From a virus: a stretch of DNA of 64,000 nucleotides. The stretch is taken from IMG/VR virus record IMGVR_UViG_3300028844_006278. The stretch is one strand, 5' to 3'. The notes beneath the pieces were generated by a model that worked only from the letters and a program-made list of their open reading frames with translations, was not told where the DNA came from and did not search any database. The position numbers and the translations under genes are program-made. Position 1 is the first letter of the stretch. Every line of letters starts with the position of its first letter. Below, in pieces: positions 1 through 8,860 of this stretch.

Positions 1-84
1 CCCATAGCGCTCTATGCATCCCGTATTTTTTCGCGTGATCAGGATTGCGATGATCGCCTTGCGATAATTGTTTGGCGGTAAGCA

Positions 85-831
85 TCATTCTCCTGACGCC
101 TCGCTAACCAGGCCATGCTCGCCATGCGGCGAGATGGCCGCGTTCTGCTTCAAAAATTCACGCGCAACGTGCTGCGTATATGCTGGCGGTATCGCTTGGG
201 ATATTTCGTTCATGCTCATCCAGTCGATTCCCATTGCCTCTGACGCTGCCGCTTTGTGTCCGCCATGCCATGCGTCAGCAGTTCCTCGCCCTCCATGCTT
301 GGCTGACCTGTTGCGAGCGTGTCCACCGTAAACGCCGATCACGGGCTTTTCTGTGTGTTGGCATTCCGGTTGTGCGATAGGGAAAGACGACTCGAAAAGC
401 CTGTGCCGTTGTAATTCGTGCCCTTGCGCCCCCAGCCCGAACATTGTGCCGCAGAGTGTCACTGGATTTCGTAGCGGCGCCCCCGGCACGTTCTCAATCA
501 CCCACGGCACGCTGAGCGTTTCGAGAATTGCCCGCACTTCGTTTATGTAACATCGGTAGGTTTTGCCCGTGCGCCCTCTCAGCGCCGTGTGCTGTTGGCA
601 CGGTGGGCTTGCGTGGATCAAGTCGAAATCGTGCCCGAACTCCTCCAGAAACTCCACCGCATCGCATTCGTGGAACGTGTGAGGGTTTCGGGGTTGTGGC
701 TGGATGTCCACCCCGACCACATCAAAACCTTCCCGGCGATAACCTTCCCCGGCACCGCCCGCGCAACAAAACAAATCAAGCAGAACAAACGGATGCTCGC
801 CAATGCCTTCTCTCGTTCCTCGTTCAGTCAT
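85..831 (-). CDS. DNA (cytosine-5)-methyltransferase
   Basis: Motif I DLFCCAGG, catalytic ASPPCQ, motif VI ENV, motif VIII RHRLFES. Confidence 0.9.
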   Translation of the reverse strand: MTERGTREGIGEHPFVLLDLFCCAGGAGEGYRREGFDVVGVDIQPQPRNPHTFHECDAVEFLEEFGHDFDLIHASPPCQQHTALRGRTGKTYRCYINEVRAILETLSVPWVIENVPGAPLRNPVTLCGTMFGLGAQGHELQRHRLFESSFPIAQPECQHTEKPVIGVYGGHARNRSAKHGGRGTADAWHGGHKAAASEAMGIDWMSMNEISQAIPPAYTQHVAREFLKQNAAISPHGEHGLVSEASGE

Positions 832-1082
832 GGGAGATCCTTGGTGTCGTTAGCTCGGCGGTACTCGGCCTCAGGAATGGAGGCGTCGCAATCAGCGCAA
901 ATCACGGTATCCCTGCCATCGACCACCATTACGCGATCCCACTGCCCACCGCATTTTGGGCAAGGCATATCGTCCGGCAATATGTCGCTAACCAGCCCAT
1001 GCTCGGCATCCGCGGAGATGCCCGCGTTAGCTTTTGCTTCAGCAGCCGCCAAAATCGCGGCACAGAGTTCCCCCGGCGTCAA
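828..1082 (-). CDS. Zn-ribbon hypothetical protein (possibly 3' part of a frameshifted gene starting at 1203)
   Basis: CPKC...CADC; coupled to the MTase start. Confidence 0.55.
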   Translation of the reverse strand: MTPGELCAAILAAAEAKANAGISADAEHGLVSDILPDDMPCPKCGGQWDRVMVVDGRDTVICADCDASIPEAEYRRANDTKDLP

Positions 1083-1199
1083 GGTCGCAATGTGCCGCCA
1101 ATGGCCGTGTGCCTCTTCGTCGTTGATGTAAGATCCCGAATAAATCCCTGGCGAGGGGTCGGGCTCCGGCCCACACCTCGCCCATTACGTGATTGCCGC

Positions 1200-1457
1200 T
1201 CATTCCGACACCTCGCCAACCAGCCGCTGCTGCTCATTCGAGCAGAGCTGGTCGTTATCACGTAGCATATCCAATACCTCCGCAACCGGCTGAGCTACGC
1301 GAAATGGCGTCCCACAGTTGAGTAGGATGTTTGACGAAAACTTCTCGCCATTCTGCCCGCCAAGGCTTACCGCATATACGGCGGCAATACTGTCTGCTCT
1401 CACAAACAGGCCCCCAAGGTTCTCGCCATCCTGGTTTAAGTGCTGAAACATCAACAT
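1200..1457 (-). CDS. Small hypothetical protein (weak FlbD-like pattern)
   Basis: AAGGAG SD before ATG 1457; FVRADSIAAV...FRVAQPVAEVLDML. Confidence 0.55.
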   Translation of the reverse strand: MLMFQHLNQDGENLGGLFVRADSIAAVYAVSLGGQNGEKFSSNILLNCGTPFRVAQPVAEVLDMLRDNDQLCSNEQQRLVGEVSE

Positions 1458-1462
1458 CAGTC

Positions 1463-1947
1463 TTCTCCTTGTTCTGAGTTTCGATAACCATCGCGTTCTA
1501 CCAGCTCGCTCCGCTCGTGGCAAACGCGAGCGTTAGCTTGTCTCAAATGCATTCGTTCCTCTCGGTGACATCTCCCTGCCCAGACGTGAATCCGTGCGAG
1601 TAGTATCCGTTATGGCAATTGTATAGGTGTAGGAATTTTTCCTCTCCCCCTTTGCACATGCGGAAAATGACCATGCCTCCCTGATCGAATTCGCCGCCAT
1701 TCACCTCTTCAAAAAAGTCGGGATCAAACAGCCACCCGGCCATTTCCTCCGGCTGAATGGCATCCTCTTGTGTAGTCGACTGTGGTGTGTCTGCGATGAA
1801 CCAGTCGGCATCTTCGCAGCAATACTGATCAGTGTCGAATCCGACAAATCGGTCATTTTCGTCGACGAAATTGACCTTCGAATTCCAAGATTCGGTCTTG
1901 TGAAAAATCCTCATTAGCTTTCTCCTTGTTCTGGGTTCCGATAACCA
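1463..1947. repeat. 28-bp SD-containing direct repeat pair (1463-1490, 1920-1947)
   Basis: ttctccttgttctgRgttYcgataacca, 2 mismatches. Confidence 0.85.
1543..1914 (-). CDS. Conserved phage protein (CCE / HNGYY motifs)
   Basis: DQYCCEDADW and CHNGYYSH motifs; SD present. Confidence 0.75.
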   Translation of the reverse strand: MRIFHKTESWNSKVNFVDENDRFVGFDTDQYCCEDADWFIADTPQSTTQEDAIQPEEMAGWLFDPDFFEEVNGGEFDQGGMVIFRMCKGGEEKFLHLYNCHNGYYSHGFTSGQGDVTERNECI

Positions 1948-2123
1948 GGAGCTTCGCCCGACAAGCGGGCGATCTCCGCGTTATCTGGCTGTATGCCTAA
2001 CATGGTGTTGGTTATGCGCGCCATATTCCATCCGATACGAAAAGCGTCACCGGTCTTGTACCCGATAATCTCTTCGTACTCCTCTATTTTCCTATATGCA
2101 TAATCTGGTGCGGATTCGCTCAC
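1914..2123 (-). CDS. Hypothetical protein
   Basis: Coupled ORF. Confidence 0.6.
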   Translation of the reverse strand: MSESAPDYAYRKIEEYEEIIGYKTGDAFRIGWNMARITNTMLGIQPDNAEIARLSGEAPGYRNPEQGES

Positions 2124-2371
2124 GACTTATCCTCCTCGGTATCTTGTACGGGAAACAGGTGGAAGGGGTATACGGCCACCACTCTCGCATGAGTTCCCCA
2201 CCCTGAATCCGACGGCTCTCCGTACAGGTACTTCTGCGAGATCTTCACTCGAATAGATACTGTGGACTTGTTCACCTTTTCTGCTGTGCCTACAACCACG
2301 TGGTTTTTAGTTGAGTATCCATACTGGCTGCCTAGCACTACTTCTTTACCTAATGCGTCTATTGCTGTCAT
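2120..2371 (-). CDS. Hypothetical protein
   Basis: SD and coupling. Confidence 0.65.
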   Translation of the reverse strand: MTAIDALGKEVVLGSQYGYSTKNHVVVGTAEKVNKSTVSIRVKISQKYLYGEPSDSGWGTHARVVAVYPFHLFPVQDTEEDKS

Positions 2372-2375
2372 CTCG

Positions 2376-2603
2376 CTATTCCTTTATTTGTGTGATTTCG
2401 GTGTCGGCCCGGGCTTCGGGTATAAAGTCTTCCCATCCTGTGTCTCCCGGCTCCCAATCCTCGGTTAATACGCAGGCTCTGTAATACTTTGCCTTCGCTC
2501 GGACTAGCATCTCCTTAGAAACAGGTCCTACGAAGGTTCCTCTAAGTAGCAGTCTACGTTCTAACTGCTTGCTGGACATCGGCACGGTCAGTATCCTCCT
2601 CAT
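2376..2603 (-). CDS. Hypothetical protein
   Basis: ORF in minus-strand array. Confidence 0.5.
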   Translation of the reverse strand: MRRILTVPMSSKQLERRLLLRGTFVGPVSKEMLVRAKAKYYRACVLTEDWEPGDTGWEDFIPEARADTEITQIKE

Positions 2604-2895
2604 CTAGATCGGCTAAGCATTCTGCGTAGAGTCTATCCAAGTATGCTGGCCTATTTCTGAATCTATTATAGCTATTGCGTAGCTTACGATGCTGCTTTAA
2701 CGTCCTTGTCGAGGGCGGATCTGCTGAGTTCGCGAGGGCTATATCTATCTCCAGCAGATACAGAATACTGGCCATCTTCTTGTATTTTTTGTATAGCCTT
2801 CTAGTCATTGAGTACTCTGCACTGTGCCTGATTCCATAATTTTTACATAGTACGGCTCCCATGTCTGAGCGACGATGCCTGCGAATGCCCCCCAC
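2554..2895 (-). CDS. Hypothetical protein (start uncertain)
   Basis: ORF in minus-strand array. Confidence 0.45.
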   Translation of the reverse strand: MGGIRRHRRSDMGAVLCKNYGIRHSAEYSMTRRLYKKYKKMASILYLLEIDIALANSADPPSTRTLKQHRKLRNSYNRFRNRPAYLDRLYAECLADLDEEDTDRADVQQAVRT

Positions 2896-2900
2896 TAGTG

Positions 2901-3092
2901 TCAGTGTAATAGGGATGGAGCTCTGAGTACGGGACTGCGTGTACTACTGCTCCGTGCCCATGTCCAAAGATACCTCGGATGTCCCATTTTTTTTCCATAG
3001 ACATCAGTCATTGGACCTAGCCGTGCCGGAGGTCGATTAAATGTTATCGTTCCTTTCGGTGTCCGTGGTGTCGTGTAGTTCAGGTTAAACAT
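2901..3092 (-). CDS. Hypothetical protein
   Basis: AAGGA SD before ATG. Confidence 0.5.
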   Translation of the reverse strand: MFNLNYTTPRTPKGTITFNRPPARLGPMTDVYGKKMGHPRYLWTWARSSSTRSPVLRAPSLLH

Positions 3093-3267
3093 TGAATTCA
3101 GTGTCCTTGTTTTTTATGCTTCCTGTCCTCTATCGTCGTATCGAACCGCATAGTAGACATTACGCGCTTGTGCCACTTCTTTCGTATGCGGCGTTTCTTC
3201 GACTTAGGTAGAGGGGGTATGTGCATACTGATTGTTATACGTATTGTTGTCGGATCGTCCTCGTTAG

Positions 3268-3462
3268 TCATGATCGCATGAACTTCCTTGTACTAAGCAC
3301 GTCACGAATGATCTGATCCCGGTGAGAGACTCCCTGCGCGAGCAGACTAGCTCCTTCATGGGCCCTGCAGACTCGTCCTCCCGCGCCGTCTGCATACGAC
3401 TTGCGTTTGGATACAGATCTGCCGCAGGCTGCGCATATTACTGTGTTGTTTTCTTTAGCCAT
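3268..3462 (-). CDS. Small Zn-finger protein
   Basis: CAAC...CRAH; likely start MAKENN. Confidence 0.55.
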   Translation of the reverse strand: MAKENNTVICAACGRSVSKRKSYADGAGGRVCRAHEGASLLAQGVSHRDQIIRDVLSTRKFMRS

Positions 3463-3770
3463 CCTTCTGCGCTCATAGGTAGTGTGCGTTGTTTGTCCTC
3501 TAGGGGCGGCGGCCAGGCGTGTCCGCACTCCCTTGCCTCTGTCTCCAGCTCCTCGAAAGGTAATGGATCGTCGAAGTGGAAGCGGTCGCTCAGTTTTCGG
3601 TACAGCTCGTAGCAGGACTTGTGAATTCTGAATCTATCTGGGGCTCCCGCCCAGATGCCGGTGCATTCCATGTAGTGCGTGCTGCGGGTTATCTCGCGAA
3701 AGCAGCACGCACACCTATGTGTCTTGCGCGCCTTTCGGTATACCTCAGTATACACCTCCGGGCTCTCCAT
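3438..3770 (-). CDS. Conserved phage Zn-finger protein
   Basis: RKARKTHRCACC...GIWAG pattern; AGGAG SD. Confidence 0.7.
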   Translation of the reverse strand: MESPEVYTEVYRKARKTHRCACCFREITRSTHYMECTGIWAGAPDRFRIHKSCYELYRKLSDRFHFDDPLPFEELETEARECGHAWPPPLEDKQRTLPMSAEGWLKKTTQ

Positions 3771-3891
3771 GTTTGTTCTCCTTTGTCTGCGGTAGCTCAG
3801 ACAGTCTTACAGCATTGTAGAATATCGATCCCCAGACCGGTAAAGAGACGCTGTGTGCCCCTTTTAAGGATCTGCTTGGGATGTCGACTAC

Positions 3892-4194
3892 TTACTGGAC
3901 GTAGGCTCCTTGCCGTCCTGTTACCTTTAGTGTGTATTCAGGCGTGGTTATTTTATCTCCTCTCCGAGGATCTGTGCGTATCTCTTCTAACGGCCTGGGC
4001 GGGGCTTTGTCAAAGTAACCTATAGGGCCTATCTCCCGACATACCATGCACATAATGATGCGGAATGATCCTGCCGAGTGCTTGCTGTTCCCAGCGCTAT
4101 CGAATACTCGGTACTCTCCCTGCGCCAGCTTAGTCTGGTCTCCTTCCTCCTCTAGCACCCTACCGCACTTAGGGCAGCAAAATCTATGTGCCAT
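3892..4194 (-). CDS. Zn-ribbon hypothetical protein
   Basis: CPKC and CMVC. Confidence 0.6.
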   Translation of the reverse strand: MAHRFCCPKCGRVLEEEGDQTKLAQGEYRVFDSAGNSKHSAGSFRIIMCMVCREIGPIGYFDKAPPRPLEEIRTDPRRGDKITTPEYTLKVTGRQGAYVQ

Positions 4195-4235
4195 CTATGT
4201 GTGCTGTGCTCATTGCTCTACTCCTTTTTTCTGGT

Positions 4236-4730
4236 TTATGCGTATAGCTCTCTGTGGAACTTCTTACGTATCTCAGTCACTATCTGGGAGATCCTGGATA
4301 TCTTCACTCCAAGCTCCTCTGCTATAGCATCCCGCCTGTGTCCCTTAACCAGGTGCTTGACTACTGTCTTCTCTCTGTTTGATAGGGTGCTGTAGGCATA
4401 CGTGGCCGCATCTGCTGCATATAGTGTGCGTAGCTCGAGATTTGTCTTTAGGGCGAATTCGAACTCTCGGTGATCAACCGGGTTGTTGCACCTGTTAATG
4501 GATATCCTAATCTTAGGCAGGGCCGTTATTACGATCTGTCTAACGAAGGTAGACCATTCACCTCGAGAGGGATCGAACCGGTGTTTGTACTTATTTACGT
4601 ATAGTTCGCACTCTTGTACTATGTCCTCGAAGTCTAGGAACTCCGAGAACTTCAAGTCCCCTGCATTCTCCTGTACAATCAGCACAATTAGCCCGGTGGT
4701 CCGCCGGTCAGGCGGTGTGTCGTCTTCCAT
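4236..4730 (-). CDS. Sigma-70-family (region 2 + region 4) RNA polymerase sigma-like factor
   Basis: Region-2-like HRFDPSRGEWSTFV; region-4 HTH LSNREKTVV...IAEELGVKISRISQI. Confidence 0.75.
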   Translation of the reverse strand: MEDDTPPDRRTTGLIVLIVQENAGDLKFSEFLDFEDIVQECELYVNKYKHRFDPSRGEWSTFVRQIVITALPKIRISINRCNNPVDHREFEFALKTNLELRTLYAADAATYAYSTLSNREKTVVKHLVKGHRRDAIAEELGVKISRISQIVTEIRKKFHRELYA

Positions 4731-4748
4731 GTGTGTGATCCTTAGATT

Positions 4749-4764
4749 TAGTATACGTGTGCTA
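4749..4764. promoter_or_regulatory. 16-bp palindromic box, copy 1 (TAGtATACGTgTGCTA)
   Basis: 2 mismatches to TAGCATACGTATGCTA; just upstream of the sigma-like gene. Confidence 0.55.
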
Positions 4765-4775
4765 TTTGTTTGAGC

Positions 4776-6071
4776 CTACACGTAGGCGTATTCGATTCTA
4801 TACGGACCTCTCTTCTTCCCGTATCGAATAGATGTTGCTGCTCGTAACGAGCCTGTGTATCCTTTCCCGGCTGCCCATGCTGATATGGCTGTGAGGCATC
4901 GGAAGTACCGGATGCGTACGCCGTCAATATCCTTTTCGACTTCGTGGTGGATATGTCCCAAGTGCCATTCTCTCCACTGGCTCTTAGCCCACAGTTGCGG
5001 GTAAAGTACTGGGAGAGCCGTGGCTAGTCTGTCAGGGGTTGTTCCGTGGCCGTGTTGGTACCCTATGAGGCAGCTGTGGTGAAGTCGTGCTTTAATGGGA
5101 GCCAGTCCTGCGTCGATTACAACGTCGTCGCATTTAGCAAAGGCATACTGGAGACACTCTGTCATATAGTATGACCGCTCCCCGTCATGGTTGCCTGGAA
5201 TAAGTATAACTTCCACCTCATCTGCGACCTCTCGGCATTTATCGACAACCTCTACTGCTGCAGCGGTGGCGTGTCGGAAGGTATTGAAGAAGTGTCCGTC
5301 CTCGTCCTGCGGGGTACCGTTTGTCGTAGTTCCCGCAGCGTTATCGGAGTTAAGCCAGTCGTGCCCTATAGGCACTACCATCCGCCTAACAGGGGTATCT
5401 CGGAACCCGTCTAGGAGTTCGTCGACTACCTCTAGGAGGTTTTCTCTACACGTCTCCACGTCGTATCTCTGTCCGGTCTCGTCTATGTAAGATCGCAGTC
5501 CGAAGTGTACGTCAGGTAGAGCAAGCTCTCCGATGTCCTCGCTACTGGATAATACCGGTTTGGTAGTACGTCGGGCTCGCGGGATACCTAGCAGTTTACG
5601 GAATGCTTTGGCTAAGTCCTTATCGTGCGCATCCTTTTTGAGTGTGAACTTGCCCCAGCTTGAGAACATAGGGCACTTTGTCATCTGACCTGCGTCCACT
5701 ACGGATCCCGACATGCGGCCTTCGTCGAAGCTAAGGTCTGCTTTCCTGTCTGCTCGGGACGTTTCCCATGAGCGTACCTTAAACTCGACGCACTTCCACT
5801 TACTCATATCGATGCAGAAGTGGCTGGCTAGCTCTGCCTCTGTTACCGGTATTGTTGACGTTAGACATGCCGATGCCTTTTCCCCAGCTATGTGGAAGCC
5901 GTCTGCGGATAAGTCGCCATCGTCTCCCGACACATCCGGCTCTATCCCCCCTGACATCTGCTTACGTATTCTGTTTATTCTTCTCCAGCCTACTCCGAGG
6001 TCTCGTATGATGCTGCGTCCTGAACGTCCTGATTCTAGTGAGGTCTGTATCTGCTGGTCTGTCGCCGCCAT
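4776..6071 (-). CDS. HTH + calcineurin-like metallophosphoesterase
   Basis: PDVHFG, GHDW, GNHD, HGH, GHIH motifs; N-terminal HTH-like segment. Confidence 0.85.
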   Translation of the reverse strand: MAATDQQIQTSLESGRSGRSIIRDLGVGWRRINRIRKQMSGGIEPDVSGDDGDLSADGFHIAGEKASACLTSTIPVTEAELASHFCIDMSKWKCVEFKVRSWETSRADRKADLSFDEGRMSGSVVDAGQMTKCPMFSSWGKFTLKKDAHDKDLAKAFRKLLGIPRARRTTKPVLSSSEDIGELALPDVHFGLRSYIDETGQRYDVETCRENLLEVVDELLDGFRDTPVRRMVVPIGHDWLNSDNAAGTTTNGTPQDEDGHFFNTFRHATAAAVEVVDKCREVADEVEVILIPGNHDGERSYYMTECLQYAFAKCDDVVIDAGLAPIKARLHHSCLIGYQHGHGTTPDRLATALPVLYPQLWAKSQWREWHLGHIHHEVEKDIDGVRIRYFRCLTAISAWAAGKGYTGSLRAATSIRYGKKRGPYRIEYAYV

Positions 6072-6112
6072 GTGGTCTCTCCTGTGGGGGGTGTACTATC
6101 AGATGTGTTCTA

Positions 6113-6141
6113 ATAGTACACCTCACAGGAGTATATGTAAA
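6113..6141 (-). promoter_or_regulatory. Sigma70-type promoter TTTACA-17-TACTAT, overlapping an inverted repeat (6079-6131)
   Basis: Near-consensus -35/-10 with 17-bp spacer upstream of ATG 6071. Confidence 0.7.
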
Positions 6142-6185
6142 GCGAGCTGCTAGGTCCAGAAGGTATAGGAGTTTCTACGTCTTAC

Positions 6186-6749
6186 TCAACAAGGCAGCTG
6201 CTTACAGAATCCACAGACCCTCTCTAAGCTTTCATCATCTATCGGGATGGGCTCGTCCATGTGTTCTGCGCATTCGTCGCACCGCCTAGCAGATGCGCAT
6301 TCTTCGCACATGATGTCTCTAAAGGAGTACGCTATTCCCCCATCGCATACCATATTTACCGGGATGCAGCTATCGGCGTCAGGATATACAGATCCTCCGC
6401 ACGTTCCGCACGTGACCTTCAGGTCCTTAGCTGCGTATCCGGCCCCTACTACTACTAGGTTAAGAATATGCAGTACTAGGGATGCATTATAAATCTCTGA
6501 GAATTCGGCTACGGACTCTTCTGATCCTAGGTGTACCTGATGTGCGTTGTATCCCTCTAGTACGCTGGGACTACCTCCTACCAGGGCGGCTACTGCGTCC
6601 TTTTCGGTGTACAGGCCGGCGTGCCCGGAGGACATTAAATCTACAAAGTCCCCATCTCGGTCTACCAAGAAGGCGTTGTATTCCCATAAGCATCCAGAGT
6701 ATCCTCCGCCCTCATATACTACGACTGTGTTGTTAGGGAAGCCCTCCAT
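6186..6749 (-). CDS. Cys-rich hypothetical protein
   Basis: Start MEGFP coupled by TAATG; several CxxC pairs. Confidence 0.7.
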   Translation of the reverse strand: MEGFPNNTVVVYEGGGYSGCLWEYNAFLVDRDGDFVDLMSSGHAGLYTEKDAVAALVGGSPSVLEGYNAHQVHLGSEESVAEFSEIYNASLVLHILNLVVVGAGYAAKDLKVTCGTCGGSVYPDADSCIPVNMVCDGGIAYSFRDIMCEECASARRCDECAEHMDEPIPIDDESLERVCGFCKQLPC

Positions 6750-6994
6750 TACGATCTCCAGTCGTCGGCTACTTCGAGGATCTGTTTTCGAGAAGACTCG
6801 GGATCTCCCGCTGTGTACTCTCCTACGAAGATCCGGCTGCCTTTTATGAATAGGCCCCATCCTACGTCGGGGGGCGGGGGTTGTTTAGCGGGGTCGAAGA
6901 ACCCTACCTTGACTGTCTTTCCATTGATTGTTCGTACTGTGCCGTGGCGGCGCATATCTGACATGATGTCTGTGTACGTGGTGGCGGGTATCAT
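6749..6994 (-). CDS. Hypothetical protein
   Basis: AAGGACACACA SD; coupled. Confidence 0.65.
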   Translation of the reverse strand: MIPATTYTDIMSDMRRHGTVRTINGKTVKVGFFDPAKQPPPPDVGWGLFIKGSRIFVGEYTAGDPESSRKQILEVADDWRS

Positions 6995-7026
6995 GCTTGT
7001 GTGTCCTTTGTGTTTATATGTGTGTG

Positions 7027-7566
7027 CTAGTTGCAGGATACGGGGCAGTGTACGGATACCTCGTCCAAAAATGCGGCCAGATAGTCTGGCCTAGCCTCCA
7101 TAGAGTCGAAGAAAACCTGTGCGTCCAGTCTCGAGGACGGCGCTAGTAGGCTAACTTGCAGATCGCCGCCCACCTCAGCCTCCTGATCTATGGGCTCTTG
7201 GTCTATGTACGGCGTAGCGGCTTCTTCTTTCCTATTCGGAGTATGTGAGTCTTCTTGTAGGTGGTTATGGAGGTTGTCGGGTATCTCTATTTCCGCGATA
7301 ATTACCGGGGTTTTAGATTCTCGATCCTCATATGCTACAACCTCTACGTATCCTCTCGATCCTTCTGATATAGCCTCTATTGCTACTCTTACCTTGAGAA
7401 GCCCTTCGCGTCCGTCTCCGAGCGTCTCCGAGGTCCAATAGTGTGCTAATATTCCAGGGCCTAGCGATATTACTGATCGTAGGGTTCCTAGATCCCTGTG
7501 GGTCATAATGCCGGGCAGCCTCTCCAGGAAGGCCGACGGCACTACTGGGATGATAACCTCCGTCAT
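7027..7566 (-). CDS. Hypothetical protein
   Basis: ATGA-coupled ORF. Confidence 0.65.
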   Translation of the reverse strand: MTEVIIPVVPSAFLERLPGIMTHRDLGTLRSVISLGPGILAHYWTSETLGDGREGLLKVRVAIEAISEGSRGYVEVVAYEDRESKTPVIIAEIEIPDNLHNHLQEDSHTPNRKEEAATPYIDQEPIDQEAEVGGDLQVSLLAPSSRLDAQVFFDSMEARPDYLAAFLDEVSVHCPVSCN

Positions 7567-8192
7567 GTCTGCGCGTGCGGGATATCGTACAGATATATGT
7601 ATAACTGCCCGTCACGGGAATATATGAAGTCTGCGCCTGTTAGTGCGGATCCCTGCTCTGCTAGATAGAACGTCTTTCGTGTATACGGGTTGTAGGTTAT
7701 TCTGCGTTCTTTTAGTCCGCCCTCCTTGGACTTACACTCAGGAGGTGGGATAGGCGGGGACAGTAGTCCGCGAACAAAGGCGTGTACGTTCTTCTGCTTT
7801 TGCCTAAGCACTCGCTGCCGGCCTTTCTCCGATACTACTAGGTCGGCGTTTCGTACAACAAATTCTTTATCGTACGAGATGTGTCCCTTTACTACTGCTC
7901 CTTGTCGGACAGACCAGCACTGCTTAGTCAGGTTGCGGTATATATCTACTGGCTTCCGTAGGTCCAGTCTATATCTATGGTCTTTCGGATGAGTGAGGGT
8001 AACTAGAGGGTCCTCTTCTACGATATATGTATCGAAGGGCATCCCCGTAGCCTCTACGATCTCATCACCGTTTCTCACAAGGTCCCTTAGGCGTCTAGAC
8101 ATTCCTGCTATTAGCTCGTCTGCTGTCACATCTTCTGCCTTGTTGTCGCTATCTACTGAGAAGGCGATTGTGTATGCGTGGTTGTACTTCAT
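7563..8192 (-). CDS. Conserved phage protein (YRNL...WSVR...GRQRVL...KNVHAFVRG...YNPY)
   Basis: Real start MKYNHAY at 8192 via ATGA overlap; recurrent phage motif set. Confidence 0.75.
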   Translation of the reverse strand: MKYNHAYTIAFSVDSDNKAEDVTADELIAGMSRRLRDLVRNGDEIVEATGMPFDTYIVEEDPLVTLTHPKDHRYRLDLRKPVDIYRNLTKQCWSVRQGAVVKGHISYDKEFVVRNADLVVSEKGRQRVLRQKQKNVHAFVRGLLSPPIPPPECKSKEGGLKERRITYNPYTRKTFYLAEQGSALTGADFIYSRDGQLYIYLYDIPHAQT

Positions 8193-8860
8193 CTTTCTCT
8201 CCGTCGTTCGTCTATCCACTGTTGTGGGATGTCCACTTCTATCTCCGGGGACCTTAGGGGCCTTAGCCGTAGGTCGACACAGGATGCATTCACACAGTGC
8301 GTTCGTCCTAGTGTTCCTTGGCCTCGGGCCTCGTGGATGTGTCCGCACACGAATAGCATCGGATTTATCTCCATTATCCTGTCTCTTAGAGCATAGGATC
8401 CGCACATCTTTCCGTGTTTGTTTTTATCCAGTACGCCTCTAGGAGGCCCATGTGTCACTAGGATGTCTGTGTGGTTTGGAGCTTGTTTGAACTTAGTGTA
8501 GAGGTCATCTTCCTTCTCTACATTGAATGCCCAGTCGTTAAAGAACGGCTGCCACGGAGCTCCGTGGATTAGTAGGCCGTCTAGCTCTACTGAGCTGTCC
8601 TTTAGATAGTGTATTCCTCTGCTCTCGAAGACTTCTTTAGTTAAGGCTCCGTACTCCTCTGCGCATAGGTCATGGTTCCCTGCTATTACTACCTTGTGTC
8701 GGTGCGGCTGGTCCTTCATCCAGTCCGCAAACAACTCCGCCTCGTTTATCCGTCCGCGCAGGGTGAAATCTCCTGCGTGAATTAGCATGTCTCCCGGCGT
8801 CAGGTCGCCTATGTCGTAGTGCATGCTGTGCGTGTCAGATATGCAAATTACCTTCATCAT
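8189..8860 (-). CDS. Metallophosphoesterase (MPPED/239AB-like)
   Basis: ISDTH, AGD, GNHD, THGPP, CGHIHE. Confidence 0.9.
   Translation of the reverse strand: MMKVICISDTHSMHYDIGDLTPGDMLIHAGDFTLRGRINEAELFADWMKDQPHRHKVVIAGNHDLCAEEYGALTKEVFESRGIHYLKDSSVELDGLLIHGAPWQPFFNDWAFNVEKEDDLYTKFKQAPNHTDILVTHGPPRGVLDKNKHGKMCGSYALRDRIMEINPMLFVCGHIHEARGQGTLGRTHCVNASCVDLRLRPLRSPEIEVDIPQQWIDERRRER

Noticed and set aside
528-1265. 245-aa plus-strand ORF, and similar antisense ORFs such as 21619-22377
   Set aside because: Antisense to genes with recognisable motifs; no motifs of their own
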